From the NCBI GenBank assembly GCA_963800605.1, contig CAWDBI010000013.1, positions 5,841 through 69,840 of the forward strand: a DNA stretch of 64,000 nt, written 5' to 3'. This document shows positions 1-11,256 of the stretch, piece by piece. This stretch comes from an uncultured archaeon. Lineage in GTDB: Archaea; Thermoproteota; Bathyarchaeia; Bathyarchaeales; Bathycorpusculaceae. Position numbers and translations under genes: made by a program. The notes beneath the pieces were generated by a model. The model made no database searches, had not been told where the DNA came from, and saw only the letters and a list, made by a program, of their open reading frames with translations. Every line of letters begins with the position of its first letter. Positions within the stretch are counted from its first letter, which is position 1.

Positions 1-96
1 CCAAAAAAAGTGTATCGACTAAGTCAAAAAGGACAAAATGACCTAAATTCTGCTCGAATGTCTATTGATGCCATTTGCCAAAACCTACGATTCTAA
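1..96 (+). CDS. 3' end of a probable PadR-like winged-helix regulator (partial)
   Basis: Frame 1 reads PKKVYRLSQKGQNDLNSARMSIDAICQNLRF*. KKVYxLSxKG resembles the PadR wing motif. Confidence 0.5.
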   Translation, partial: PKKVYRLSQKGQNDLNSARMSIDAICQNLRF

Positions 97-149
97 ACCA
101 TAAAATTGAGACAAACCATTTAAGGTTTGTTCGTGCATAATTTTTCGTT

Positions 150-588
150 TTATTTAGGTCTTATTATCCAAGATTTCCAAGCTTCAAACCAGAAAATAAT
201 CAAACCAAGCAAACCAAAAACAAGCGCAAACAAACTGTAAAAATTAAAGTCCTTGAATGTTAAAATAAGAAAAACAAAAAGAGTCGACCACATCGAAGCA
301 TAAAGTATCTGTCTAGGAAAAATATAGTTACCTATTTTCATAAAGTTGTCTAAAAACCCCGACATTAACTCTGTCCTTGTCTAATAGATAATATTCTCCA
401 AGGTTTTTTTCTGCAAGACCCAACTCTACTAACTTATCCAAATGGTATACAGCTAAATTTGGGCTTGAAAACCCCAATTTCCTTTGAATATCTCGAGGTC
501 CAGCTGAATTTTTTGAGTCTTGAAGCATTGCCCAATAGACACGTAGTGTATTGCCTTGCAACTCATCTGGAGAGCGCTTATTACTCAA
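150..588 (-). CDS. Membrane-anchored winged-helix transcriptional regulator (one frameshift near 350-365)
   Basis: 328..588 is a wHTH (GPRDIQRKLGFSSPNLAVYHLDKLVELGL). 150..365 continues in another frame with two TM helices (KIGNYIFPRQILYASMWSTLFVFL...). Confidence 0.7.
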
Positions 589-689
589 GTTTTAAACCGA
601 GAATAGATTGGCACCATATTTATTAAATAACTTGTTTTTAAAGCGCTATTAATTGGGGGAGAGCAATCAAGCTCAGAGCATTCGCCAAG

Positions 690-1067
690 TTAGTTGTGCT
701 CCATCACCTTATGCGGTTTATCCGCTTCAAGTTTTTCTTTTTCTTCAGTTTTCATCTCCATATTGAGGAAATAACTCAAAAACGTCCGAATCAAAGCTAT
801 AGCTGCCAGTTGACCGATTTGTTCCCAGCTGGGAGCAATTGCGGTTCCAATAATATCTGCTGCCAATTGAAACTCCAAGGCTATTACAAGAAATCGCCCA
901 AGGGAGATTCGTAGTCTGAGGTATTCCTTTTTTTGTTTAAAAATTATGGTTCGTATGAAAAAGTAGAAAGCAACCACTAAACCGGTTCCGATTACGACTA
1001 CGCTAGATATTTCGGTGATTAGCTTTAATGTTGAAGCTACGGTTGAAAAAACGTCTTGTACACTCAA
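690..1067 (-). CDS. DUF1622 family membrane protein
   Basis: Motif LRISLGRFLVIALEFQLAADIIGTAIAPSWEQIGQLAAIALIRTFLSYFL. Confidence 0.85.
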   Translation of the reverse strand: MSVQDVFSTVASTLKLITEISSVVVIGTGLVVAFYFFIRTIIFKQKKEYLRLRISLGRFLVIALEFQLAADIIGTAIAPSWEQIGQLAAIALIRTFLSYFLNMEMKTEEKEKLEADKPHKVMEHN

Positions 1068-1381
1068 AAATTATTCCTACTTGTTTTGAATATTCGAATT
1101 TGGGTTGGGTTTTCAACCCGTCGCATTCATTTTGGGGTAAGCAAAAAGCCGTTCAATTAAGTGATTAATAGGAGCTCAATTAAAGCTATGTGGCTGCGAT
1201 TTGATAACAACATAACATGCATACAAATGCTTCTAACAGAAGGGGTATTTTAAAACTGAAGTCCATAGTTTAGCCTTCTTTTACCGATCGCATATTGTTA
1301 TCATAACAAACCTTAATTCTCGCTTGCTTGTGCAATAAGAAAAAGAGCAAAATAGATTAGTATCAGAGGAAGAGAAAAAAT

Positions 1382-2333
1382 ATGTCAGAAATAATACAAA
1401 TCTTAGCAATAATCGTACCATTAGTTGTAGTAGTATACGCAGTTCTTTCGTCACTCCGCATTGTTAGACCAACAGAAAAAGGCTTAGTTGAACGCCTCGG
1501 CAAATACCACCGTTTCGTTCAAGGCGGCATAACTTTGCTTGTTCCCTTCGTTGACAGAATAATCAAAGTCAACATCACCGAACGCATGACACCGGTGCAG
1601 CGCCAAGACGTAATCACAAAAGACAAAGTCTTCATGGGCGTAGATGCAGTGGTATTCTACAAAGTCAAAACAGATGAAGCATCAGTAAAAGCATCGCAGT
1701 ATTACGTAAACAACTATGAATCCCAAATCGACACCTTAGCCCGCACAGTCCTCAGAGACATCATAGGCGGTATGGATATGACCGTAGCAAACACATCCAG
1801 ACCCATCATCAACGCAAAACTCAAAGAAGCATTAGATGAGCAAACCAGGGAATGGGGCATAGAAATCGTTCGAGCAGAAATCAAAGACCTCGAACCTCCA
1901 AGAGGACTAATGAGTTCCATGGAATCAGTGCTCAAAGCAGACAACGAACGGCAAGCAGCAGAGAAAACAGCCATAGCCCAAGCCACATTGGCAAGCGGAC
2001 AGAAAAACGCTGCGATTCAAGTTGCTGAAGGACAAAAACAAGCAGCAATCCTTCAATCTGAAGGCCAGAAAACTGCAACAATCGAAATAGCGGAAGGAGA
2101 CGCACAAGCAACCAAGCTGAGAAACGAGGCTTTAACAACGTACTTCAAAGATAGCGCCATCACCTTCAAGCAACTAGAAACTATTGCAGCATCATTGCAG
2201 AACAACACAAAGATAATTGTTCCCGAAGGCAAAGCACATATCACTGATACTCAACGAGCAAGAGAACCTTACAAAAGCAACAATCATTCCCAATTCCGCC
2301 GCCACCACACAACAAAAGCCAAAACAAATGTAA
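1382..2333 (+). CDS. SPFH/band-7 (paraslipin/QmcA-like) membrane protein; frameshift near 2235
   Basis: N-terminal TM, VERLGKY, QDVITKD, WGIEIVRAEIKDLEPP, AEG repeats. The likely true tail is ISLILNEQ...KPKQM* ending at 2333. Confidence 0.85.
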
Positions 2334-2339
2334 AACTGA

Positions 2340-2779
2340 GCATATCCCTAACTTGGTTTCACGCCGTTTTTGAGGTTGAACATAATCTTTTATCATTTCT
2401 TCATGCTCAAAAGCCAGCGGCGTTAGGCAGGGCAGTTTAGGCTGAAGAGTTGGATTTCTTGGATTTCGCTTTCTTGCTTTTTTATTTCTCCGCCGATGGG
2501 TTTAACAACAAAACATGTTGGGTAATACTCGTATTCAACGTCGTCTTTGACGCCCTTCTCAACATATTCGCCGACTATGCAGACAATCGTTGACGTCAAG
2601 TCCTGTTTCCTCTTTAACTTCCCGGACAATTGTTTGCTCAAGGTTTCGCCAGGGTCCATTCTGCCGCCAGGCAGCGCCCAGTAACCATTGAAGGGTCGAG
2701 TGTTGCGTTTAATCAGCAAAATCTTGTTGTCGGGGTATGGTATTATGGCGGTTGAGGTTTTACCAGTATACTTCTTCAT
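2340..2779 (-). CDS. NUDIX hydrolase (frameshifted; 3' end approximate)
   Basis: LLIKR..PFNGYWALPGGRMDPGET; the Nudix box (REVKEETGL) continues in a shifted frame. Confidence 0.8.
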
Positions 2780-2783
2780 GGTT

Positions 2784-3593
2784 TCATCCTAAGCTTGTAA
2801 TTTTTAGTCTCCAATTAATAACTATGGTAATGCAGCAAAGATTATGATGCCTGCGAAGACAACCATCGGTCCTGGGAATGGTACCGATTCGACTAAAAAA
2901 GATGCTCCAGACGAGAACTCCCGAGAACCCAGCAGACAGCACCGAAAACTGCGCTAAGCAACGAGTACCTTCCATATGTGCGCTCAAGTTTTTAGCGGCT
3001 ATAGCGGGCACGATGACGAGAAAACCAACAAGTAAAGTTCCAACTATTTGAATGCCGATGGCGACTACGACGGAAACAAGAAAAGATAGAGCAGATTAGT
3101 TCTTGCAACATTGATGCCTTTTGAGACTGCCAAGATCCTCAGAAATCATCGCTAAAACCAGCTTGTTATAGATGAATTTTGTGAGGACAATGGCTGCAAC
3201 ACAAACCACCGCTGCTATCGCAGTGCTAAGTAGAGTGACTTGGGAAATATCGCCGAAAAGCGCTGCTTCAAGTGCATCCAAATTATCCCCATAAAGCAAT
3301 ATACCTATTGCCAATGCCAAAGTGAACATTGCGCCGACGAGTGCTTCAAAAGAAATTTTTGTTATTCTTTGAATTTGCCAAATTATAGCTGCTGACACAA
3401 ACAGAAAGGCAAATGCACCTATGTATGGGTTAAAATTGAAAGTTATTCCGATTGCTAATCCCGGCAGGGCAACATGTGATAGGGCGTCGCCGACAAGCGC
3501 CATTTTCTCCAAAACCATCAATGAACCCAGATATCCTGCGGCGACTCCGACAAAGATTGACAGAAATAAACTGTAGAATGTTGTGTCAAGCAT
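2784..3593 (-). CDS. znuB: Zn/Mn ABC transporter permease (ZnuB/MntB-like), frameshifted
   Basis: MALVGDALSHVALPGLA, LFGDI; the downstream frame has IQIVGTLLVGFLVIVPAIAAKNL. Confidence 0.8.
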
Positions 3594-4299
3594 TAGGTTA
3601 GGTTTCTCCTCGTTCTGGTTTCAACGCAGACTGTTTCACCGTAAATCTGCCTTTGGATGTCTGGTTTCGCTATTTCCTCTGCTGGTCCACAGAAGGTAAT
3701 GCATTTGTTTATCGCCAGCAAATCGTCAGCGTATTCCTGACGATGTGGATGTTGTGGGTTATTAGGAAAATCGTTATTTTCTGTGTTTTTTTGATTTCGT
3801 TAAGCATCAAGTAGATGGGTTCTTCGCTATCCATGTCAACGCCCGTTGTTGGCTCATCCAAAAGCAGCACATTGGGGTTATCGTTTAATGCCCAAGCAAT
3901 CAAAACCCGCCGCAAGTTGCCCGCCTGAGAGGACGCCTAACCGCTTGTTTAAGAATACTGTTATCAGTTCAACCTTACTTGTTTTAATGCATTTTCAACG
4001 TCAACTCCGTTTCCAATCGAAAGAAACTCTCTGAACGGACATGGGAATATCGGAAACAGCGACGTACTGGGGAACATAGCCGATTTTTACTTTCTCAGTC
4101 CACTCGATTGAACCCGTGTGTGGCACAAGGTTTAGAAGAGTACGTGAGAAGTACTGTTTTGCCTGCGCCGTTTGGTCCCAAGTATGGCTAGAGTGGTTCC
4201 TTTCTTAACGTTAAAGTTGATGTGGTCAAGTAGGATTTGGTTTTGCAGTTTTACGCCAAGATTCGAAACCTTCAATATGTAATCATTATCTTCAGCCAT
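3593..4299 (-). CDS. znuC: Zn/Mn ABC transporter ATP-binding protein (ZnuC-like), frameshifted
   Basis: ATG at 4299: MAEDNDYILKVSNLGV...GPNGAGKT (Walker A), LSGGQL, LLLDEPTTGVD, LITH. 3' end approximate. Confidence 0.8.
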
Positions 4300-4391
4300 A
4301 ACTAACCACATTTTCTGCCTGCCCTAAACCGCTCATCTAAAGCATCTAGTAACAGCATGAGGAGTGAAAATAAGTTTTTTGAAGCAATTAA

Positions 4392-6005
4392 CTACTTAGC
4401 AGGCAATCGTCTGCTTAATTCAGATAATTCGCGTTCTGAGAGCCAATCGGACTGTCGGAGGGTGACCAAGCCTCTTTGAGCTTTGAGGCAAAACACGTTG
4501 TTCTTTAGCAAGTTGTTTTTCTCGCCGATACTCCAGAGTTGTCCCTCAAAGGCGGTGTTTTGGTATGTGAGTGTTTCGACTTTGGCTATGAGGGCTGCAA
4601 TGGTTCTGAATCGTGGAGTCAAAAGATTTTTGGTTTTGGACACGCCGAATGCTCCCTTGAGTTTAGCTGAAAAATCAAAAGTGCTGATTATAGATGGTGG
4701 AATACAGAGGTAACGTCTAGTCGTGCCTGCCTCATAGCAGACAATATAGAAGGGCACATAGACCAAGGCAGGGCTTTTTAGTTGCTGTTCACTGATGCCT
4801 AAGCCGTCAAAGACTGTGCTAACTGCTTCCCGCAGTCTCATGCTTCTATCAATTCCTTCAACAATGGGTTTCTCGCATGCAACCAGCCGGTTACTTTCCA
4901 GCTTATATGCGAGCGTTTTTTCTTCTCTAGCGGCTTCAAGTTCAACTATGGGTTGACGAGTTAATTTTAATTCAGCATCCAATTCAAACGTAAGTTTGGA
5001 TAAATCAGCGACTTTTTGCTTGCTGATTCTGCCACTGTTACTTTCTATATTTTTAAGTTCCTTCTTTAGCCCTGCGAGCTCTTTTTCTGCAAACTTTATC
5101 TTTTCTTTCCAGCGTTTGGCGTAGACTTCATGCCCCTTTTTACTAGCCGCTTTCTCGTTACGTTCATATTCTTTAACGTCAGATTCGGTAGCGGTGATGA
5201 ATTTTTCTGTTTTAACCTTGATTTTTTGTAGGCTTTCAAGTTCTTTATCAAAACTCTCTGTTAAGTCCTTGATTTTTCGGCTGTATTCCTTGTTAAGTTT
5301 GGCGATTTGGGGGTTGATGAATTCTTGTTGAGCTTTGATTTTTGCGTCTGCCTCTTCTTTAGCAGCGACGGCTTCATAATCAATCTCGGTTACGTATTGA
5401 TTGGTTGTTTTCTTCATTAATCTGAGGCATTCGGAGAGTTTGGCTGCATCTTCAACCTGATAGGCTAAGAGTTTATCGAGTTCTGATAGGGTTGCAGAGA
5501 TGGTTTGTGCCTCAAGAAGGGGCAATAACATGGATGAAGATGTAGTGAATTCTGTGGCTTCTTTGCGGTAAAGGCTGAATTCGGCCCTAAAATCGATGTT
5601 GGCAATTAGACCACGGAGTGTGAACTGTTTGGTTTTAGAAGGCTGCAAAAAATAGCCGCTGTGGTCACATAGGAAAGCAAGGTAGGTTTCCCGGGGGTTC
5701 TGATAAGTTTGCAGACCACTCATAAAGGCAGCTGCGGAAGGCGCCTCTCCATAGGAGAGACTGTGACTGTAGCCGTCTAAGCCATCAAAAATTAGCGCTA
5801 TATTATTTTTGGGGTAAAGCCAAAGTGGATACTCGATTCTGGCGATGAATGAGAGTGTCTCCTGTGACTGCCTAGCGATTAAGCCACCGCCTCTGCTTCG
5901 GTTCTGCTCTGCAACTGTAAAAATTGCTGCTGCTTCAACCTCGGATTCCCTGCTTTTTTGGCTTGAGAAGGGTAGAATGAGGCGTTTGGTTGCAGAGGTT
6001 AACAT
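4392..6005 (-). CDS. Hypothetical protein with a long central coiled coil
   Basis: 537-aa intact ORF; K/E-rich heptad region (about residues 170-390) between two globular ends. Confidence 0.75.
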   Translation of the reverse strand: MLTSATKRLILPFSSQKSRESEVEAAAIFTVAEQNRSRGGGLIARQSQETLSFIARIEYPLWLYPKNNIALIFDGLDGYSHSLSYGEAPSAAAFMSGLQTYQNPRETYLAFLCDHSGYFLQPSKTKQFTLRGLIANIDFRAEFSLYRKEATEFTTSSSMLLPLLEAQTISATLSELDKLLAYQVEDAAKLSECLRLMKKTTNQYVTEIDYEAVAAKEEADAKIKAQQEFINPQIAKLNKEYSRKIKDLTESFDKELESLQKIKVKTEKFITATESDVKEYERNEKAASKKGHEVYAKRWKEKIKFAEKELAGLKKELKNIESNSGRISKQKVADLSKLTFELDAELKLTRQPIVELEAAREEKTLAYKLESNRLVACEKPIVEGIDRSMRLREAVSTVFDGLGISEQQLKSPALVYVPFYIVCYEAGTTRRYLCIPPSIISTFDFSAKLKGAFGVSKTKNLLTPRFRTIAALIAKVETLTYQNTAFEGQLWSIGEKNNLLKNNVFCLKAQRGLVTLRQSDWLSERELSELSRRLPAK

Positions 6006-6274
6006 TGAGGTTCAGTGAAGGTATAAAGGGCGTGCTTTTTTAAAATTATCCCAAATCAGCTTACTATTAAGAGGCGCTCAATCAATGCACAAACCACAGA
6101 TGGGCAGATTGGCTTTTTCTGCTATAAATAGGGGAGGGTCACTTGAGAGCAACAAACGCTTCTTCTGATTTTTAGTGCCTATTAATGGAGAGGGATAGGT
6201 CGCAGAGAGCAACAGCACCCTTTTCAACATAGCCCAAATTTGCCAATAAATTAAGCCACGGCAGAGGAGCCGCC

Positions 6275-6739
6275 TTACTTGTTTAGTTCTTTTTCCATTG
6301 CTTCTGCAAAAAGCCGCCACATATCAGAGTCGCCCCTGCAAAGCTCATCCGTTAGCGTTTTTAGGTCTTTTTGAGTCAAGTTCTCTTTATGCTCTATGTG
6401 AAGGGCAGTAAAATCCAAACGGCAAGCCTCGGCGCCTTCTGCGGTGATTTGATAGAGGAATTGGGAGTATTTGTTTGGGCCAGTTAGATGTGTTGATATC
6501 CACATTAGCCTGCCTGGGTAGAGGTGGACAAGCTTTTCTTTTTCAAGGATTCCGTTGTCTGTGGGAAAGATTTCTTTTAGAATTACTGTACTCTTTGTTA
6601 GCCATGTGACTGTGCGTTTCGCGTTCGAGTTACCTGTGAGGGTGTGGTCGTTTGGTTGATAGTTGGTGCACCATTCATATGCCGCCTTTGTTGGGACAGC
6701 AAAATGTTGACTGAAGCTGTAACGAATTGAGTATGGCAT
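6275..6739 (-). CDS. Hypothetical protein, possibly SRPBCC/START-like
   Basis: 154-aa ORF with a beta-rich core and long C-terminal helix (DMWRLFAEAMEKEL). Fold assignment is inference. Confidence 0.55.
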   Translation of the reverse strand: MPYSIRYSFSQHFAVPTKAAYEWCTNYQPNDHTLTGNSNAKRTVTWLTKSTVILKEIFPTDNGILEKEKLVHLYPGRLMWISTHLTGPNKYSQFLYQITAEGAEACRLDFTALHIEHKENLTQKDLKTLTDELCRGDSDMWRLFAEAMEKELNK

Positions 6740-6775
6740 GAGGGTTCCTTACTTCAAGGGAGATTGCGGCATATA

Positions 6776-8139
6776 TTACATTTCTGCAACTGGCGGTTTG
6801 GGGGAAAAGAAATCGCTTATTCGCCTCTGAAACAGCGCCTTCTGCAGCAATTGACTCTGGCTAATCCAGCGTTGCAGCGGAATCTCGAATTTGCCGCTAA
6901 TAAACTGTAGCGACTGCGCCAAAGTGTTGAATTTGTAGGGTTTCTGCCGCATAGCATTTCGTACGTTTTCGCGCACTTGCCAAACACCAATGGGCATGAT
7001 GTAGCCGGGACGGGCTTCGCGAAGCACGATTGCAGTGGCTTGGCGGCGCTCTTTTAGCAACAACTCGCAAACGGCTAAGCGGGCACTGTAGTAGCAGCCA
7101 CCAATAGCTGCATAAGTTGTGCGTCCGTTGTTGCCTTCCCAATCGCTGTAGATAGCGACGCTTGAACCATTAGGATTCCAAACCGTACCTGGATACCATG
7201 CCTCCATGGATTCGTAACTCCACTGCCGCAGGAATCATCAGAATCTCAAAGACATTGTCAAGGTAGACTGATTCGTAGACTCGATACTCGTTAATTTCTG
7301 GAAAGGTCTTGACTTGGGCAACGAGGTTCTTGGAGATAGTGTCGTCGACAGCTGTAATACTCCATCGTGTAGGAACCAGACGACGCTTCTTCTCAACCCC
7401 AAATGCGCCGACGCTAAAAGCCTTCTGAATCTTAGTAACCGTAACACCACGATTTGTAGAGGTCCACTACTGCATTTGTCGCTCGCAGGTCGGTGTCGTA
7501 GTAGGCTTTTTCAATTTTTTGGTCATATCGTGCGTTGCCAACGTGGAGGTCGCGGATGGGAGCTGAGGGACCAAACGGCTGCACATCATCACTGAGCGTT
7601 ATGGAGCCTCTGGGTTTTTTGGTTAATCGCAGTTCGGTGTCTACGCTGCTATCGGCAAGAGCCAGTTCGCGGGTTTGGTCGAGGATTTTGCCTGCTTCAT
7701 TGAATTTTTGTACGTTAACCATATGTTTGCCGCGTATGAGCAGGCTGCGGAAACCGACGATTTCATCCATGGATTTGCCGAACCATTGCTCAGGCAAGTC
7801 AAAGATGCTTGTGTCTTCATGTACAGGCGGCACCAAGGGTCCGATGTAGACGTTTGGGTAGCCGATTCTGCCTATGAAAACGCTGGGTGGGGATACGCCG
7901 TCGATGTTTTCGCTTTCCATGAGTGGGACGCTTTTGAGGAAATAGTTGACTTTAAGCATTATTGGGCAGCGTGTTTTGCCGCAGAGGAACCGAGCGCCTT
8001 TGCATAGCACGCAGAGGCTGTTGCTGTTGCGTGTGACGACTTGTTGTTCGATGGCTTTGCTGTTGACTTTTTTGATGATGTCCACTAGCCAGTTATCAGG
8101 GTTCTGCGTTAAGGGGGCGGGTTTTTGCGTTAAAGTCAT
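6776..8139 (-). CDS. nreA: Nre-family archaeal DNA repair protein (frameshifted)
   Basis: CVLCKGARFLCGKTRCP, SPPSVFIGRIGYPNVYIGP, GGCYYSARLAV, GVWQVRENVR, and a C-terminal PIP box QRRISDFF. Confidence 0.9.
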
Positions 8140-8222
8140 ATTCCAAATTAGTTGGGTGTGCTGGGTGTATATCTTTTCTGCACATGTTTAGCTAAAAAAG
8201 CTTGAGTCTCGTGGGATCGTTT

Positions 8223-8801
8223 CTATTTTTCGTAGAATCGCTTAGTAATTTTCTTAATTAGCAAATTCAGCTTCTTGGGTATCTTGGGTTTTATTTCATC
8301 TATCTTACGCAAAACCGTGGGCAGCGGTACACGGGTTACGTTGGCATCGATGACTTTTAATTCGCCCTCTACCCATCGCAGATTATCAGCCTTAACGTCA
8401 AATATGCCGTATTTGTATATGGCTTGGCGCACACAAGTCAGCTGTTCCTTGGTTACGTTTGCTTTAATTCCATATTCTTGCAGGAGACAGTATTTTGTAT
8501 GCCAAAAGATTCTGGCGAAAAACCGATGCCTCACCCGTTCAGGCACCCGCTTGTAAGCTCTATGGTCGAGTTCGATGCTTTTTTTCGGCCCCACTTTGAG
8601 CACAACCTTGTGATCTATTGCGCTGTTGCCAAAAACAACTTTGTGCCAGCCACTGCTTTCTACATAAAACTCAGCGTAATTCTTTAAAATAATCATTTTT
8701 AGTTGTTCTTGGGCGAGAAACAAGCCGCCGCGAGCATGTAGCTCGGCGTCTATTAAACGGTCGATATGTTTGGCTTGGTGATGGAGTTCTCTGTATTTCA
8801 A
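8223..8801 (-). CDS. Small protein-kinase-like fold protein
   Basis: GWHKVVF, VVLKVG, DVKADNL, KVIDAN in canonical PKL order. Confidence 0.55.
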   Translation of the reverse strand: MKYRELHHQAKHIDRLIDAELHARGGLFLAQEQLKMIILKNYAEFYVESSGWHKVVFGNSAIDHKVVLKVGPKKSIELDHRAYKRVPERVRHRFFARIFWHTKYCLLQEYGIKANVTKEQLTCVRQAIYKYGIFDVKADNLRWVEGELKVIDANVTRVPLPTVLRKIDEIKPKIPKKLNLLIKKITKRFYEK

Positions 8802-8883
8802 GGTTGATTACTCAAAAAGTGGTCTAATTAAACAAAGAACAAGCGAAATAATGAAAGCAAAGCAGATTTTGAATGAAGAGAAG

Positions 8884-8961
8884 TGGCGCCCAGGCCGGGA
8901 TTCGGACCCGGGTCCTGCGGGCGACAGCCGCATATACTGGACCGAACTATACTACCTGGGC
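8884..8961 (-). tRNA. tRNA-Asp (GTC), CCA encoded, no intron
   Basis: Acceptor stem GCCCAGG/CCTGGGC-G-CCA; anticodon arm TGCGG-CT-GTC-GC-CCGCA; T-loop reads TCCGAAT. Confidence 0.93.
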
Positions 8962-9171
8962 AATTAAGCGCCGCAACAATACTAATAACTTTAGCTAATT
9001 AAGCTTTCTCGGATTTGACATTGAACAGTTTGATGGTGAAGTACTTGCATAAATAACTTTTCTATTAGCTTGAAGGTTTAGTTTAGCGACAATTTTAATA
9101 CTGTTGAAAATATTTACTGGGTGATGTTGCTTGAGGGTGGGTGAAAAAAGTTAAAGCAAACGCTGGTTTAC

Positions 9172-11065
9172 ATGGCGGTTTTGCAAAAGTATTGGTTAGC
9201 CATAGTGTTGTTGCTGTTAACGGCTGTTTCGTTTGTTTCAGGTTACATTGCCGTTTTCACCGCTTTAGTTTTCACTTTTCTGGTTCCAGGCTTAATCGCC
9301 TACAGGTTTTTCATCTTAAAGTCCCATGAGATTTGGGCTTTTGTGCCCATTTTCAGCGTTTTGGTTTCTGTTCAGTTGATTTATTATTTGTCGTTGGCTT
9401 TTGGGTACTCGCGCGAATACGATACTAGTTAGTTTTCTTGCTTTAACGGCAGTTTATGCATTGGTGGTTTACAAGAAAGGTGAACCATTAAAACCCCAAA
9501 AGTTCCTTAAACTAAAGCAAATTAAGAAAACCAGCCTTTGGTTTTCACAGTAATTTTTCTCGTTTCCCTTGTCGTCCTTGCAGAAGCGTATGGCGTGGCA
9601 ACCAATACGGAATAGTCCTAACTGGCTCCAACTGGCAAGACACACCTCTCCACTATGAAATAATCGAAAGCATAAACAACGGAAATTTTCCGCCCCAAAT
9701 GCCCAACTTTTCAGGTGAACCGCTAACTTACCATTACTTCGTTGATTTCCACACCGCCATCATCGAAAAAGTCTATGGTTATTTACCAACCCTTTTGCCC
9801 GTTTTAAACGCGGTTTTCATCTTGGTCTTTGCACTCGCAATCTATGCTTTGGCAAGAATCTATGGCAGAAAAGTTGCCGTTATTGCGACAGTTTTAGGCG
9901 TGTTCGGCTGGGGGTTGAGTTATTTCGGGTTGTTTTCAGCATTATTCAACGGACAATTTGACCCGACGCAAAATTACATTTACCAGTATAGCGGCACGTT
10001 TGGTTTGCCCTCGATTTTTGATAATTTGTTGCAGCAGCGGCCGATGTTGGTTGGGTTGCCAGCGTTTGCTTTGGTTTTGGCTTTGCTAAGAAACATGGAT
10101 GACAAAAAAAGAATCCTTGCTTGCAGGCATAATAACCGGTTTAGTGTTTGAATTCCATAACGTGGCGTTTTTCTGTTGCTACGTTGCCTTCGCTGTCTGT
10201 TTCCTCTTTAACCTTAAACGGTTCAACCTTGGTTTTCTATATTTTTTGGTGCCTACCGCTTTGGCTTTGCCGTTCATCTTAGTGGGGGGTCCGCCATTTT
10301 CGGTAACTGTGAGTGACTGCTTGGATTGCTAATTTTGCACAAAACCCCTTCATCTATTACTTCCTGAACTGGGCGTGCCGTTTCTGCTGGCAATTGCCTC
10401 GTTCTTTTGGAGGGGTCACAAGGAACTCAAGGGCACCCTCTTGTTTTTGATGTTGATTCCGAATGTGTTGTTGTTGACGCCTAACCCCTGGGATATGTAC
10501 AAGTTCTTCATATTTGCATGGGTGCCCATTGCCGTTTTGAGCGGTGTAGTTTTGGCTAAGAGTTTGGGTTCGCAAGTGGCGGGTAGTGGTTTTGGCGTTG
10601 GTTTTGCTTTCAGTGATGACTTCGGCTAGTGTTAGTCATATACAATGTTGGCACCGATTATCCTGGCGCCAGTTGGAGTGAATACCAGGTTGGCATGTGG
10701 GTTAGGGATAATACGCCACAGAACTCGGTATTTTTAACTTTTTATGGTATTCATACGCCGACTAGTATGATTGGGGGACGACTACAAGTGTCATCGTATA
10801 TAAATTGGTCGTATGGTCATGGAGTACCGTTGGATGAAATTAATAATCGGGCGCAGCAAATCGATTCAGCATACACGGGAGATGTGTCCAGTTGGCAGCG
10901 GTGGTTCATCAATACAACGTTTCTTACGTGTATGTGGGCAATGAAGAGTTAGACCATTATCCCAATTGCATAGCGCATTTTAGTGGGGTTAATTGGTTGA
11001 CGCAGGTTTATGCGAATGGTAATTTGAGAGTTTATCAGGTCGACTGGGCAAAGCTTGGCATGTAG
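9172..11065 (+). CDS. Large polytopic membrane protein, GT-C-fold glycosyltransferase-like (several frameshifts)
   Basis: Consecutive fragments 9172, 9699, 10099, 10375 and 10629; loop NWQDTPLHYEIIESINNGNFPPQMPNFSGEPLTYHYFVDF; C-terminal WVRDNTPQNSVFL domain. Confidence 0.6.
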
Positions 11066-11256
11066 CTCTTGGTTGGCAAATCTTAGATACACAAACCAAC
11101 AGAATACATATCATGACCGCTCCAGCTAAGCCCGTAAATTTAGGTTAGAAACACCCATATTCCGGGTATTTGTCATGATCAACATCATCACCGAAGGCGG
11201 CAACGTCACCGCGTGGTGGGCAATTTCCATCATGAACCCGCAAAAACTTTTTTAAC

